32,000 nucleotides of DNA from Vibrio cholerae ATCC 14035 (GCF_000621645.1 NZ_JHXR01000018.1:60001-92000); one strand, 5' to 3'; shown: positions 9,504 through 19,431, counted from the stretch's first letter. Made by a program: numbers and translations. Notes: generated by a model not told the origin, from the sequence alone.

Positions 9504-11138
9504 TTACTGGCGATAAGCTCGCCAACTCAATAGCCAACATAACACGCCAATGGTCGCGCTACCGATCGCTAAAGGTTCTAATTGGTTGGAGATCCATATC
9601 GCCGAGCATACGACTAATGTGGCTCCAACACCAAACAAAAACTTTCCCGTCCCTTGTTGGCGTTTGGATTGGCGATAACCTTGATAAAGATTATCTAAAC
9701 GCTGATTCAAGTTACGACCTTGCTTTAAGCTGTCATACAACAATTCTGGCAGCTCAGGCATTTTTTCAAACCATAAGGGCGCACGCTCTTTCAATGCATG
9801 CAAGAAAGCTTGTGGCCCCACTTGGTTAGCCATCCACTTTTCTAAAAACGGTTTGGCGGTTTGCCATAAATCGAGTTGTGGGTAGAGCTGACGCCCCAAG
9901 CCTTCGACATACAGCAGTGTTTTTTGCAGCAAAACTAACTGCGGCTGCACTTCCATATTGAAGCGTCGCGCGGTGTTAAACAGATTCAGTAACACGTGAC
10001 CAAATGAAATCTCACACAGCGGTTTGGCGAAAATCGGCTCACACACCATGCGGATCGCCACTTCAAACTCATCAACATTGGTATCCAGTGGTACCCAACC
10101 GGAATCGACGTGCAGTTGCGCTACGCGGCGATAGTCACGATTGAAGAAGGCGAGGAAGTTTTCGGCCAGATAGCGCTTATCTTCGCTATTCAGTGTCCCG
10201 ACTATGCCGCAGTCCAAACCAATCCATTGCGGGTTTTCAGGATGGTTAGGATTGACGAACACGTTACCCGGATGCATATCCGCATGGAAGAAACTGTCGC
10301 GAAACACTTGGGTGAAAAACACACTCACGCCACGTTCCGCCAGTAACTTCATATTGGTACCGTTGGCATGAAGTCCTGCCAAGTCAGAAACTTGGATGCC
10401 GTATATTCGCTCAGAAACCATGACAGTTTCATTACAGAAATCAGTTAACACCTCAGGGACATACAACTCTTCGCTGTTTTCGAAGTTGCGGCGCAGCTGA
10501 ATCGCATTGGCCGCTTCACGGCGCAGGTCCAACTCATCGAGCAAGGTTTTCTCGTATTCGCGTACCACTTCCACCGGTTTTAAGCGGCGTGCTTCCGGCA
10601 GCGCTTTAGCCACAATGCGTGCCACGCGATACATCAGCTTGATGTCGGCATCAATCTGCGGACGAATATCCGGACGAATCACTTTCAGCACCACATCACG
10701 ACCATTACTCTTGAGCTTGGCGGTGTGTACTTGGGCTATCGACGCGGAAGCTAATGGTTTGATATCAAAGTCATCGAACCAAGTTTCCAGCGGTGCACCG
10801 AGTTCTTCTTCAATCAATTGCTTGGCTTGTAGGCCATCAAACGGCGCAACTTTATCTTGCAACATAGCCAAGGGATCGGCGATGTACGGCGGAAATAGGT
10901 CACGGCGAGTCGACATCATCTGCCCAAACTTGATCCACACCGGGCCAAGTTCTTGCAGTGCCAAACGTAAACGATCGCCTAACGCTTTATCGGCGTGTTG
11001 ATTGCGCAGCCAAAAAAGAGATTTACGCGCCAGTAGCGGCGCTCGGGTCAGATGATGCTCTGGCAACAGCTCATCTAAGCCATATTCGAGTTGAACTTTA
11101 ACTATCCGGTATAAACGTTTCAGCTCTGCAGGTTTCAT
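9504..11138 (-). CDS. ubiB: Ubiquinone biosynthesis regulatory protein kinase-like UbiB (ABC1/ADCK family)
   Basis: The 544-aa translation has ABC1 kinase-like motifs ('[11 protein letters not shown]', '[11 protein letters not shown]') and C-terminal TM helices. It sits in the ubiE-ubiJ-ubiB-tat arrangement seen in E. coli. Confidence 0.92.
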   Translation of the reverse strand: MKPAELKRLYRIVKVQLEYGLDELLPEHHLTRAPLLARKSLFWLRNQHADKALGDRLRLALQELGPVWIKFGQMMSTRRDLFPPYIADPLAMLQDKVAPFDGLQAKQLIEEELGAPLETWFDDFDIKPLASASIAQVHTAKLKSNGRDVVLKVIRPDIRPQIDADIKLMYRVARIVAKALPEARRLKPVEVVREYEKTLLDELDLRREAANAIQLRRNFENSEELYVPEVLTDFCNETVMVSERIYGIQVSDLAGLHANGTNMKLLAERGVSVFFTQVFRDSFFHADMHPGNVFVNPNHPENPQWIGLDCGIVGTLNSEDKRYLAENFLAFFNRDYRRVAQLHVDSGWVPLDTNVDEFEVAIRMVCEPIFAKPLCEISFGHVLLNLFNTARRFNMEVQPQLVLLQKTLLYVEGLGRQLYPQLDLWQTAKPFLEKWMANQVGPQAFLHALKERAPLWFEKMPELPELLYDSLKQGRNLNQRLDNLYQGYRQSKRQQGTGKFLFGVGATLVVCSAIWISNQLEPLAIGSATIGVLCWLLSWRAYRQ

Positions 11139-11758
11139 GCTTTTTCCAGTAACTGGTTCAAACGCGCTTCTAAACGCGCAGCGTGACTTTTCACGTCATC
11201 CACTTGATCGCAAAAATAGGCAATTTCCAACGGTGGCGGCGCAATCCGCCACTCTTCAGTGAGCACCTGTGCCAAGTGGTTTTGATGCTTATGCGCTTGC
11301 TGTTTTAGCGCGCCGACGATGCTTTTCACACCATGCACGACACTGTGTGCCACCACATCACCCGTGATGCGCGATAACCACTCTTCCACATCCGGTTTGC
11401 AATCGGTCATCAGCTCGGAAAACTTCTGCGCCAGTTGGATATCGCCTTCCAGCTCTAGCTTATCTTGCTTGATCAACTGGGTAATATTGGCTTGCTCACG
11501 CAACTGAGGAAGAATCGAGAGGTTTAATGCCAGATAGCAATCCGGCTGGCCTTCAAAGCCGGTCATCACATCGATGCGCTGACTGAACACAAAGGTCAGG
11601 GATTGATTTAACTCTCGCAGATGCAGCGAAATCACTTTGCCTTTCAGGCGCAGCAGTTTGCGGCCTAACGCCGGATCATCGTTGATGAGCGTATTGAGCG
11701 TGGTTTCAATCACCGCGGTCAGCAAAGGAGACAGTGGCATGGTTGCAAGCAATGACAT
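11135..11758 (-). CDS. ubiJ: Ubiquinone biosynthesis accessory factor UbiJ (SCP2-domain, YigP-like)
   Basis: The gene sits between ubiE and ubiB and overlaps the ubiB start by 4 nt. Its ~200-aa size and the N-terminal '[26 protein letters not shown]' fit the SCP2 lipid-binding fold family. The call rests mainly on synteny. Confidence 0.72.
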   Translation of the reverse strand: MSLLATMPLSPLLTAVIETTLNTLINDDPALGRKLLRLKGKVISLHLRELNQSLTFVFSQRIDVMTGFEGQPDCYLALNLSILPQLREQANITQLIKQDKLELEGDIQLAQKFSELMTDCKPDVEEWLSRITGDVVAHSVVHGVKSIVGALKQQAHKHQNHLAQVLTEEWRIAPPPLEIAYFCDQVDDVKSHAARLEARLNQLLEKA

Positions 11759-11766
11759 AGCAGCCC

Positions 11767-12549
11767 TTAAAATTTGTAACCACGATGCAGCGCCACAATG
11801 CCGCCGGTCAGGTTGTAATAAGTGGTTTGTTCAAAACCCGCCTCTTCCATCATGCCTTTTAGAGTCTCTTGATCCGGATGCATGCGGATCGACTCAGCAA
11901 GATAGCGATAGCTGTCTGCATCATTGGCAATCAGTTGCCCCATCTTAGGCAAAATATGGAACGAGTAAGTGTCATAAAGCTTAGACAGCGGCTCAAGGAT
12001 CGGCTTAGAAAACTCCAGCACCAACAGGCGGCCGCCGGGTTTCAATACACGGAACATCGAACGCAGCGCTTTATCTTTGTCGGTCACGTTACGCAGACAG
12101 AAACTGATGGTGATGCAGTCAAAATAGTTGTCTGGGAAAGGCAGTTCTTCGGCGTTGGCTTGCACGTAATGCACATTACCGACCACGCCGCTGTCGCGCA
12201 GTTTATCGCGGCCAACATTGAGCATAGAGTTATTGATATCGGCCAAAATCACATGGCCTTTCTCGCCCACAATACGCGAGAATTTCGCGGTTAAATCGCC
12301 TGTACCGCCGCCCAAATCGAGAATGCGTTGTCCCGGACGTGCGCCTGAACAATCGATGGTAAAGCGCTTCCATAAACGGTGGATACCGCCCGACATCAGG
12401 TCATTCATGATGTCGTATTTGGCCGCAACCGAGTGAAACACTTGCGCGACTTTATGCACTTTTTCATCTTTACGTACGGTTTCAAACCCAAAGTGGGTCG
12501 TTTCCTGATTGTCTGTTGCAGAGTTTGCTAGCACGTTGGTGTCCGTCAT
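11767..12549 (-). CDS. ubiE: Demethylmenaquinone / ubiquinone C-methyltransferase UbiE
   Basis: The translation has '[33 protein letters not shown]', the SAM motif '[10 protein letters not shown]' and the C-terminal '[12 protein letters not shown]'. It is colinear with E. coli UbiE. Confidence 0.96.
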
Positions 12550-12593
12550 TATTTTTCCTCTTTGGCCGTCATGACTGCGGCGACTGCGGGCGA

Positions 12594-14135
12594 TTAGTTT
12601 ACTTTATCCTCAATCGGATGTCTTTCTACTAAAGGGGCATTTTCCTGATCCGGCGCTTGTTGTGCGCGTTCAATCAATGGCTGAGGGATAGAACGTTTGA
12701 TTTCCACCCCAAGCTGTTTGAAGCTTTCCGCCTGACGAATCGCGTTACCACGCCCAGTCACCAGCTTATTCATCGCCCCTTGGTAGCTCTGATTGGCTTT
12801 ATCCAGCGCGCCGCCTAGCCCTTCCATGTCTTCTACGAACAAACGCAGCTTATCGTACAACTTGCTAGCACGTTCGGCGATCAGCTGCGCATTTTGATTC
12901 TGCCGCTCGTTGCGCCATAAGTTATCAATGGTGCGCAGCGCCACCAGCAAAGTGGTGGGGCTCACCAAAATAATGTTCTGCTCCATCGCGTCGTTGACCA
13001 AGCTTGGGTCGGCTTGAATCGCGACTTGAAACGCGGGTTCAACCGGAATAAACATCAGCACGTAATCGAGGCTCTGAATGCCTTTGAGTTGATGGTAATC
13101 TTTCTGCCCTAGCCCACGAATATGGTTACGAAGCGCAAGTAAGTGCTCACGTAATGCGCTATCTCGCTCACTATCGGTTTCCGCATGGAAGTAACGCTCA
13201 TACGCGACCAAAGCCATTTTCGAGTCGATCACTACCTGTTTGTTTTGCGGCAAATGGACAATCACATCTGGCTGATAACGCTTACCCGCTTCGTTTTGTA
13301 AGCTGACTTGAGTTTGGTATTCATGCCCTTCGCGCAGCCCAGATTCCGCTAGCACACGCGCCAACACCACTTCGCCCCAGTTGCCTTGCTGCTTGTTATC
13401 CCCTTTCAGCGCTTGAGTCAGGTTGACCGCTTCTTTGGCCATCTGCTCATTAAGGCGCTGCAAGTTACGCAGTTCATGCACTAAGGTGTGACGCTCTTTG
13501 GCTTCGTGGTTAAAGCTATCATTGACCTGTTTTTTAAAACCTTCGAGCTGCTCTTTAAGTGGTGTGAGCAAACCTTCCAAACTCTGGCGGTTTTGCACAT
13601 CGACCGTGGCGGTTTTGTGCTCAAACACCTGATTGGCTAAATGCTCAAATTGCTGCTTTAGGCGCTCTTCGGCTCGTTCAAGCAGCTGCAATTTTTCTTG
13701 GCTCGCCACCAACTGCTGCTGATGACGCGCTTCTTGTTCACGCAATTGGCTTTCTAACTCGGCTTTCGCGGCGCGCACTTGGTTTAGCTCATCGGCATAC
13801 TGCTGGCGCTCTTGTTTCACCGCCTCAAAGTAACGCAGCTTTTCCAGCACTGCCATTAACTTGCCGTGTGATTGCTTGAGTTCAAATTCGTTTTTGTCAC
13901 GTAACGCATCCAGCTCATCCAACTCTTGCTGCGCGGTAGTGAGCTGCTCATTAAGCTGCTGAATTTGCTGCGCATGCCAGTGGCTCTGCTGCTCAAGTTG
14001 TTGCTCAAGCAATTGGGTTTTCAGTTGGTAGCGCTGCTTGACCCACCAGCCGATCGCCACCCCAGTGGCGCCTGCACTCACTAACGCCGACCACAATGCG
14101 CTTTGATTTTCAAAAATCCATTGCATGTTGAACAC
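12594..14135 (-). CDS. rmuC: DNA recombination protein RmuC
   Basis: It has an N-terminal TM segment, a long Gln/Glu-rich coiled coil and a C-terminal RmuC nuclease-like region ('[20 protein letters not shown]', '[13 protein letters not shown]'). It lies upstream of ubiE as E. coli yigN does. The start is a GTG at 14135 or an ATG at 14126. Confidence 0.87.
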
Positions 14136-14173
14136 TTACTGTGATTTATCTCGATCAAAATGGTATTTCGGCA

Positions 14174-14189
14174 CTGGATAAATGTCCAG
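14174..14189. promoter_or_regulatory. LexA-box-like dyad CTGG-N8-CCAG in the rmuC / EamA divergent intergenic region
   Basis: In CACTGGATAAATGTCCAGTT the arms ACTGGA and TCCAGT are a perfect inverted repeat with an AT-rich spacer. The site lies 39 nt upstream of the rmuC start. Each half deviates from CTGT/ACAG at the innermost base. Confidence 0.4.
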
Positions 14190-14248
14190 TTTGTTGCGCG
14201 TTTATTCTCCCCTAGACTAGCGAAAAACAAGGATAAGAGAGTTTCAGG

Positions 14249-15160
14249 ATGAATGAAAAACGCGCGTTGAGTTTGGGCTTGGCTTCGGTGCTGTTGTGGT
14301 CAACGGTCGCGACTGCCTTTAAATTGACGCTGGCCGAGTTAAACCCGCTGCAAATGGTGACCGTGGCGAGCATTGTCTCCGCACTCGCGTTACTGGTGAT
14401 TTGTGCTGCGATGGACAAGCTTAAGCTGATCGTCCCCACTTTACTGGCAAATCCGTTTTACTACCTGTTGCTTGGATTGATTAACCCACTCGCCTATTAC
14501 CTGATTTTGTTTAAAGCCTATTCGCTGCTACCCGCTTCACAAGCGCAAGCCATCAACTACAGTTGGGCGATTACTCTCACCTTGATGGCGGCACTGTTTC
14601 TCGGCCAACGCATTCGTAAACAAGATTGGATCGCCTGTGCAATGAGTTATCTCGGTGTGGTGGTGATCGCCACAAAAGGCGATCTGCTCGGCCTGCAATT
14701 TGAAAGTCCACTCGGGGTTGGTCTCGCCCTGCTGTCGACTCTGCTGTGGGCGGGATATTGGATTCTCAACACCAAAAATAAAGCTGATCCGATCGTTGGG
14801 GTGTTACTCGGCTTTCTGCTGGCAATCCCGTTTGCACTGGCGCTGTGTTGGCACGAAAACCTCAATTGGCAAGGCATCACCACCCAAGGTTGGTTAGCGG
14901 TCACTTACGTGGGACTGTTTGAAATGGGCATTACGTTTGTACTCTGGCTCAGCGCACTGAAAAATACCCAGAACACCGCACGCATCAGTAACCTGATTTT
15001 TGCTTCGCCTTTTATTTCGCTGTTTCTACTCGCGACCATCATTGGCGAAGCGATCCACCCAACCACTTTGATCGGTTTAGTGCTGATTATTGCGGGACTT
15101 GTGGTTCAGCAGTGGCAAGGCCGTAAAGCGCAACCTAGCGAAGCAAAACTTAACCCCTAA
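14249..15160 (+). CDS. DMT-superfamily (EamA-type) permease, substrate unknown
   Basis: The 303-aa translation has about 10 predicted TM helices in two EamA-like halves. No specific ortholog was recognised. Confidence 0.7.
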   Translation: MNEKRALSLGLASVLLWSTVATAFKLTLAELNPLQMVTVASIVSALALLVICAAMDKLKLIVPTLLANPFYYLLLGLINPLAYYLILFKAYSLLPASQAQAINYSWAITLTLMAALFLGQRIRKQDWIACAMSYLGVVVIATKGDLLGLQFESPLGVGLALLSTLLWAGYWILNTKNKADPIVGVLLGFLLAIPFALALCWHENLNWQGITTQGWLAVTYVGLFEMGITFVLWLSALKNTQNTARISNLIFASPFISLFLLATIIGEAIHPTTLIGLVLIIAGLVVQQWQGRKAQPSEAKLNP

Positions 15161-16344
15161 ACCCACTGGCCGGCGACGTAGCCACTCGACCAAGCCCATT
15201 GGAAGTTATAGCCGCCGAGCCAGCCAGTCACATCCATCACTTCACCGATAAAGAATAAGCCTTTGACGGTTTTGCACTCCATGGTTTTGGATGAGAGGCA
15301 ATCGGTATCCACGCCACCAAGCGTCACCTCTGCGGTGCGATAGCCTTCGGTACCGTTTGGCACAATCGACCACTGCTCTAAACGGGTTTGCACCGCGTCG
15401 AGCTCTTTGGGGGAATACTGTTTCAGCGGTTTATCGGCAAACAGTTGGCGTTCAATCAGCACTTCAACCAGCCGCTTGGGCAACACTTTCGATAAGGTAT
15501 TTTTCAAACTCTGGTTCGGGTGCGCTTCTTTTTCACTACTCAACAACTCAGCCAAATCCACGTCGGGGACTAAATTGGTGGTAATGGTTTGTCCTGGCGT
15601 CCAATAAGAGGAAATTTGCAGCACCGCGGGGCCAGATAAGCCGCGGTGAGTAAAGAGCAAGGCTTCTTTGAAGGTTTTACCGCATTCTGCGCGCATCTCA
15701 ACAGGAATCGCCACACCCGATAACGGCGCGAAATCTTCCTTATCTTGCACATGCAACGTAAATGGCACTAAACCTGCGCTGGTACTGATCACGGGCAAGC
15801 CAAACTGCTCTGCAATTTTGTAGCCAAACGGCGTGGCACCCAGTTTCGGCATCGATAAACCGCCGGTGGCAACCACCAGCGACGCGCACTCAATCTCACC
15901 TATGGTGGTTTGCAGAGTAAAACCTTGCTCGGTGTGGGCTATGGCGCTGATTTCAACTTGATAGCGCTGCTCGATATTCGGTTGGTCACACTCGCTGAGT
16001 AGCATGTCTACAATCTCTTTGGCCGAATCAAGACAAAACAGCTGACCGTGATCGCGCTCTTCAAAGGCAATACCGTATTTGCTGACCAGCGAGATAAAAT
16101 CCCAGTTGGTGTATTGCGACAGCGCCGATTTCACAAAGTGTGGGTTTTGGCACAAGTAGTTCGCCGCCGAGACATCGTAATTGGTGAAATTACAGCGTCC
16201 ACCACCGGAAATCAGAATTTTTCGCCCCGGTTTTTTAGCATGATCGAGCAGCAATACCTGACGGCCGTGTCGCGCCGCCTGTGCTGCGCACATCAATCCC
16301 GCCGCACCTGCGCCAATAATTACCACATCGACTGTTTTGCTCAT
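15157..16344 (-). CDS. yhiN: NAD(P)/FAD-dependent oxidoreductase, YhiN / HI0933 (BaiN-like) family
   Basis: The N-terminal dinucleotide fold is 'VDVVIIGAGAAGLMCA', followed by 'GRKILISGGGRCNFTN'. Length and order resemble E. coli YhiN. The ORF track starts at a GTG at 16353. The ATG at 16344 has SD AGGTGG 5 nt upstream and matches the short YhiN N-terminus. Confidence 0.8.
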   Translation of the reverse strand: MSKTVDVVIIGAGAAGLMCAAQAARHGRQVLLLDHAKKPGRKILISGGGRCNFTNYDVSAANYLCQNPHFVKSALSQYTNWDFISLVSKYGIAFEERDHGQLFCLDSAKEIVDMLLSECDQPNIEQRYQVEISAIAHTEQGFTLQTTIGEIECASLVVATGGLSMPKLGATPFGYKIAEQFGLPVISTSAGLVPFTLHVQDKEDFAPLSGVAIPVEMRAECGKTFKEALLFTHRGLSGPAVLQISSYWTPGQTITTNLVPDVDLAELLSSEKEAHPNQSLKNTLSKVLPKRLVEVLIERQLFADKPLKQYSPKELDAVQTRLEQWSIVPNGTEGYRTAEVTLGGVDTDCLSSKTMECKTVKGLFFIGEVMDVTGWLGGYNFQWAWSSGYVAGQWV

Positions 16345-16362
16345 CACTGCCACCTAATCGCA

Positions 16363-16393
16363 TAAAAAAAGGATGTGCTGAGTGCACATCCTT
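16363..16393 (-). terminator. Rho-independent terminator downstream of uspB
   Basis: On the minus strand the stem pairs aggatgtgc with gcacatcct (16370-16378 / 16384-16392) around the loop actca. A run of seven T follows. Confidence 0.85.
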
Positions 16394-16485
16394 ACTCACT
16401 TGGGCGGCTATTCTAACGGCAAATCGCTACTCTGCCAACGCAATGCACGTGTTGGCAAACCGCATTCGAAAAGCTCTCCGGCGCA

Positions 16486-16809
16486 CTAAAGCATAAACGC
16501 GACGACAGTGGTGAGCACCAACAGTGAACCCGATAAAATGAACAGCTCACGTACCCGATCGCACTTACCAGTAAACACAGGATCATGATGGTGGTGATAC
16601 TCACGACTTTTCAGGTAATGGTATAAACGCACCTGCTTAGTCACATTGCCATGGGTGGTGAAAAAGCCGCGCCCATCGACTTGTTGATAAAGGAGCGGGT
16701 GAGCTTCACGCATGATGTAAATAAGCGAGCGCAGCGCTGTCACATAACGTGCTACATTAATCGCAGTCACGAGCATAAGCGCAAATAGAATGGTATCTCC
16801 ACTGATCAT
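16486..16809 (-). CDS. uspB: Universal stress protein B
   Basis: This 107-aa two-TM protein reads '[57 protein letters not shown]', which closely parallels E. coli UspB as remembered. Confidence 0.87.
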   Translation of the reverse strand: MISGDTILFALMLVTAINVARYVTALRSLIYIMREAHPLLYQQVDGRGFFTTHGNVTKQVRLYHYLKSREYHHHHDPVFTGKCDRVRELFILSGSLLVLTTVVAFML

Positions 16810-16884
16810 CTTTTCCTCCCTACATCTTGTGTTGAGAATGCCCAGAGAAAAAGACGATCGCTTCAGTTTGTCTTTTTGCTGATC

Positions 16885-17412
16885 TTACTCAGCAGGGGCA
16901 TCCATGACAGAAGATGAGCCTTTTTTTGCCAATGCAGCTAGATCTTTATCGATAAAGAACAACGCCTTACCATCTTCACCGACCAGCTCTAGCTTATCTA
17001 AAATCCCTTTAAACAACTTCTCTTCTTCGTGCTGTTCAGCCACGTACCACTGAAGGAAGTTAAATGTTGAGTAGTCTTGGGAGGTGAACGCCACATGAGC
17101 CAGTTTATTAATCTGTTGCGTGATCTTCTGTTCATGTTGGTACGTCTCACGAAACACTTCACCCAGTGAAGCAAAATCGTGGCGTGGCGCAGCGATCGCA
17201 CCAAGGATTGGCAATGCACCGGTTTCACTCACATAAGTGAACAGACGCTGCATGTGCTGCATTTCTTCTACCGCGTGAGCGCGTAAAAACTCTGCAGCTC
17301 CGTCAAATCCTTTGTCTTCACACCAAGCACTCATTTGTAAGTATAGATTGGATGAAAAAAATTCGAGGTTAATTTGCTCATTGAGATGTTCTACCATCGC
17401 TTGCGACAACAT
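16885..17412 (-). CDS. ftnA: Non-haem bacterial ferritin
   Basis: The translation '[31 protein letters not shown]...[10 protein letters not shown]...[10 protein letters not shown]...[13 protein letters not shown]' carries the ferroxidase-centre Glu/His ligands and is colinear with E. coli FtnA. The start was moved from the GTG at 17430 to the ATG at 17412, which has AGGAG 6 nt upstream. Confidence 0.9.
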   Translation of the reverse strand: MLSQAMVEHLNEQINLEFFSSNLYLQMSAWCEDKGFDGAAEFLRAHAVEEMQHMQRLFTYVSETGALPILGAIAAPRHDFASLGEVFRETYQHEQKITQQINKLAHVAFTSQDYSTFNFLQWYVAEQHEEEKLFKGILDKLELVGEDGKALFFIDKDLAALAKKGSSSVMDAPAE

Positions 17413-17576
17413 AAAAAACTCCTGATTCACTCTAACTATTTGAACGCACTATAGCATGTTCGGTAGTTATTGTAGTCATCACCTAACCCATCGCCATCAA
17501 ACTGAGATCGCTGCGACAAAAAAATCGCCACTCCAGTGCTACGCTGTGTTTAGTCACCCGAATAGGAGTCAGTACA

Positions 17577-18002
17577 ATGAGTTATCAACATCTTTTGGTT
17601 GCGGTCGACCTGTCTGAAGACAGCAAACTGCTGGTTGAAAAAGCGGTGGCTCTGGCCAAACCTCTCAATGCGGAAGTCTCATTTATTCATATCGACGTGA
17701 ACTACGCCGAGCTGTACACGGGCCTTATCGACATTAATTTGGCCGAAACGCAACATCACGCGATGGAAGCTTCACAAAAGCAACTGCAGGATTTGGCGCA
17801 GCATGCCAATTACCCCATCAAGCATACCTTGGTCGGTAGCGGCGATTTAACCAATGAGCTGTGCGAAACCATCAGCGAGTTTAACGTGGATTTACTGGTG
17901 TGTGGCCATCACCAAGATTTCTGGAGCAAACTGCTCTCTTCCACACGGCAACTGATCAACAGCTCGCCAGTGGATATGTTAGTCATTCCACTCAACGACT
18001 GA
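17577..18002 (+). CDS. uspA: Universal stress protein A
   Basis: 'MSYQHLLVAVDLSEDSKLLVEKAV...VCGHHQDFWSKLLSSTRQLINSSPVDMLVIPL' is near-colinear with E. coli UspA. AGGAG lies 8 nt before the ATG. Confidence 0.9.
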   Translation: MSYQHLLVAVDLSEDSKLLVEKAVALAKPLNAEVSFIHIDVNYAELYTGLIDINLAETQHHAMEASQKQLQDLAQHANYPIKHTLVGSGDLTNELCETISEFNVDLLVCGHHQDFWSKLLSSTRQLINSSPVDMLVIPLND

Positions 18003-18058
18003 CGAACAGAAAATACTCAGGTAGACTGCTGATTTCCATTCACTCATTCAATAGCGTT

Positions 18059-18946
18059 ATGGTTTATCTTTCAGCAGTCACCCTGTTATGGGCATTTTCA
18101 TTTAGCCTGATCGGCGTTTATCTCGCTGGTCAGGTTGATTCTTGGTTTGCCGTTTGGATGCGAGTGGCTCTCGCGAGTTTAGTCTTCATTCCCTTTCTGC
18201 GTTTCAAAGGTGTACCGCGCGCCCTGATTGCCAAATTAATGGCGATTGGCGGCGTTCAGCTTGGCTTGATGTACTGTTTCTACTATCAGTCTTTCTTGCT
18301 GCTCTCGGTTCCCGAAGTCTTACTGTTTACCGTTTTTACCCCGATTTATGTCACGCTGATTTACGATTTTCTTAAAGGGCGTTTCTCGCCTTGGTATTTA
18401 GTGACCGCTTTTATCGCTGTGCTCGGTGCCGTGTTCATTAAATTCGCTGGCATTAATGAACACTTCGTGACCGGTTTTCTTGTCGTGCAGGGAGCCAACC
18501 TCTGCTTTGCGATTGGCCAAGTCGGCTACAAATATGTGATGGAACAAGAGTCTACCGAATTGCCCCAACACACGGTATTTGGCTATTTCTATCTAGGCGC
18601 TTTGCTGGTGGCCAGCGTTGCTTTTCTGCTGCTGGGTAATCCGGAAAAGCTCCCGACGACCTCAGTGCAATGGAGCATCTTGGTCTATTTGGGACTGATT
18701 GCTTCTGGGCTTGGTTACTTTGCTTGGAACAAAGGCGCCTGCATGGTCAACGCGGGAGCGTTAGCCATCATGAATAACGCTTTGGTACCCGCAGGCTTGG
18801 TGGTAAATATTCTGATTTGGAACCGCGAAGTCGATTTGGTGCGCTTATCGCTAGGTGGTGCGATTATTCTTGGCTCGCTGTGGATTAATGAAACTTGGGT
18901 GAAACGCCGAGTAGAAAGGGATTATCAGCGTCAAGGTTTGCTCTAA
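18059..18946 (+). CDS. DMT-superfamily (EamA-type) permease, carboxylate/amino acid/amine transporter type; possibly YigM/BioP-like
   Basis: The protein has about ten TM helices. The N-terminus 'LLWAFSFSLIGVYLAGQVDSWFAVWMRVALASLVFIPFLR' resembles what I remember of E. coli YigM, but this was not checked. The start was trimmed from 17900, which overlaps uspA, to the ATG at 18059. Confidence 0.7.
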   Translation: MVYLSAVTLLWAFSFSLIGVYLAGQVDSWFAVWMRVALASLVFIPFLRFKGVPRALIAKLMAIGGVQLGLMYCFYYQSFLLLSVPEVLLFTVFTPIYVTLIYDFLKGRFSPWYLVTAFIAVLGAVFIKFAGINEHFVTGFLVVQGANLCFAIGQVGYKYVMEQESTELPQHTVFGYFYLGALLVASVAFLLLGNPEKLPTTSVQWSILVYLGLIASGLGYFAWNKGACMVNAGALAIMNNALVPAGLVVNILIWNREVDLVRLSLGGAIILGSLWINETWVKRRVERDYQRQGLL

Positions 18947-18975
18947 CCGAGATGAAATGACTCATCAAGAGACGC

Positions 18976-19003
18976 AAAAGCCCATCGGAGATGGGCTTTT
19001 TTA
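18976..19003. terminator. Rho-independent terminator between convergent genes (strong on + strand)
   Basis: A 10-bp stem pairs aaagcccatc (18977-18986) with gatgggcttt (18990-18999) around the loop gga. A T-run follows on the + strand and a partial one on the minus strand. Confidence 0.85.
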
Positions 19004-19041
19004 GGTCTGCGATAGTTGACACTTCAGCGCAATGATTCAGC

Positions 19042-19431
19042 TCAATGCATGCTCTGCGCTGTCGCTCTCTCTACCACTGGTGTTGGATGCCTTTGTCCAA
19101 CTTTGCCTTCTAGCAGTTGCTGCTTTTTCATTAACTTACGCTGCTTTTTAAGCACTTTTTCCAGCTTTTTGTGGAATTTGCGCTGCTTTTTAAGGCTGGC
19201 TTTGGGAAGCAGGCTGACCACCCCACTTTCATGAGCAGGAAGTGCCACCACAGTCGCTACGGGCGCCGGAAGACTCATGGCTTGCGGTTTACACAAGCTT
19301 TTTTTATCCCCCGCCACGCGCGCACAAGCCCGACACAAAAACTGCGGCTCAGCGACCAGACGCTCAATTTCACTTAGGGAAGTCGCAATCTCATGACGAC
19401 TGAGTTTGCATAGACGTTTAGCCACAACCAC
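19042..19431 (-). CDS. Hypothetical small basic protein (four Cys including CxxC; Lys-rich C-terminal helix)
   Basis: The 129-codon ORF has no competing gene and sits between a terminator and the rsmJ stop. Its features are 'FLCRACARVAGDKKSLCKP' and 'KKQRKFHKKLEKVLKKQRKLMKKQQ'. The start is a GTG at 19431 or, better spaced from the GGAG, a GTG at 19425. I recognised no homolog. Confidence 0.45.
   Translation of the reverse strand: MVVAKRLCKLSRHEIATSLSEIERLVAEPQFLCRACARVAGDKKSLCKPQAMSLPAPVATVVALPAHESGVVSLLPKASLKKQRKFHKKLEKVLKKQRKLMKKQQLLEGKVGQRHPTPVVERATAQSMH

Noticed and set aside
10507-11001. A 164-aa ORF lies antisense to ubiB. Similar long antisense or alternate-frame ORFs occur at 2660-3046 (in plsB), 11869-12294 (in ubiE), 3881-4225 (in lexA) and 19572-19970 (alternate frame of rsmJ).
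   Set aside because: Each lies entirely inside a gene with strong family-level support on the other strand or in another frame. Their translations are Ser/Arg/Cys-rich and low-complexity, as expected for shadow ORFs, and I saw no SD sequences.
17900-18058. The ORF track gives the second EamA transporter a 53-codon 5' extension that overlaps uspA.
   Set aside because: The extension is hydrophilic, unlike a DMT N-terminus, and overlaps the well-supported uspA coding region in another frame. The first TM helix begins right after the ATG at 18059.
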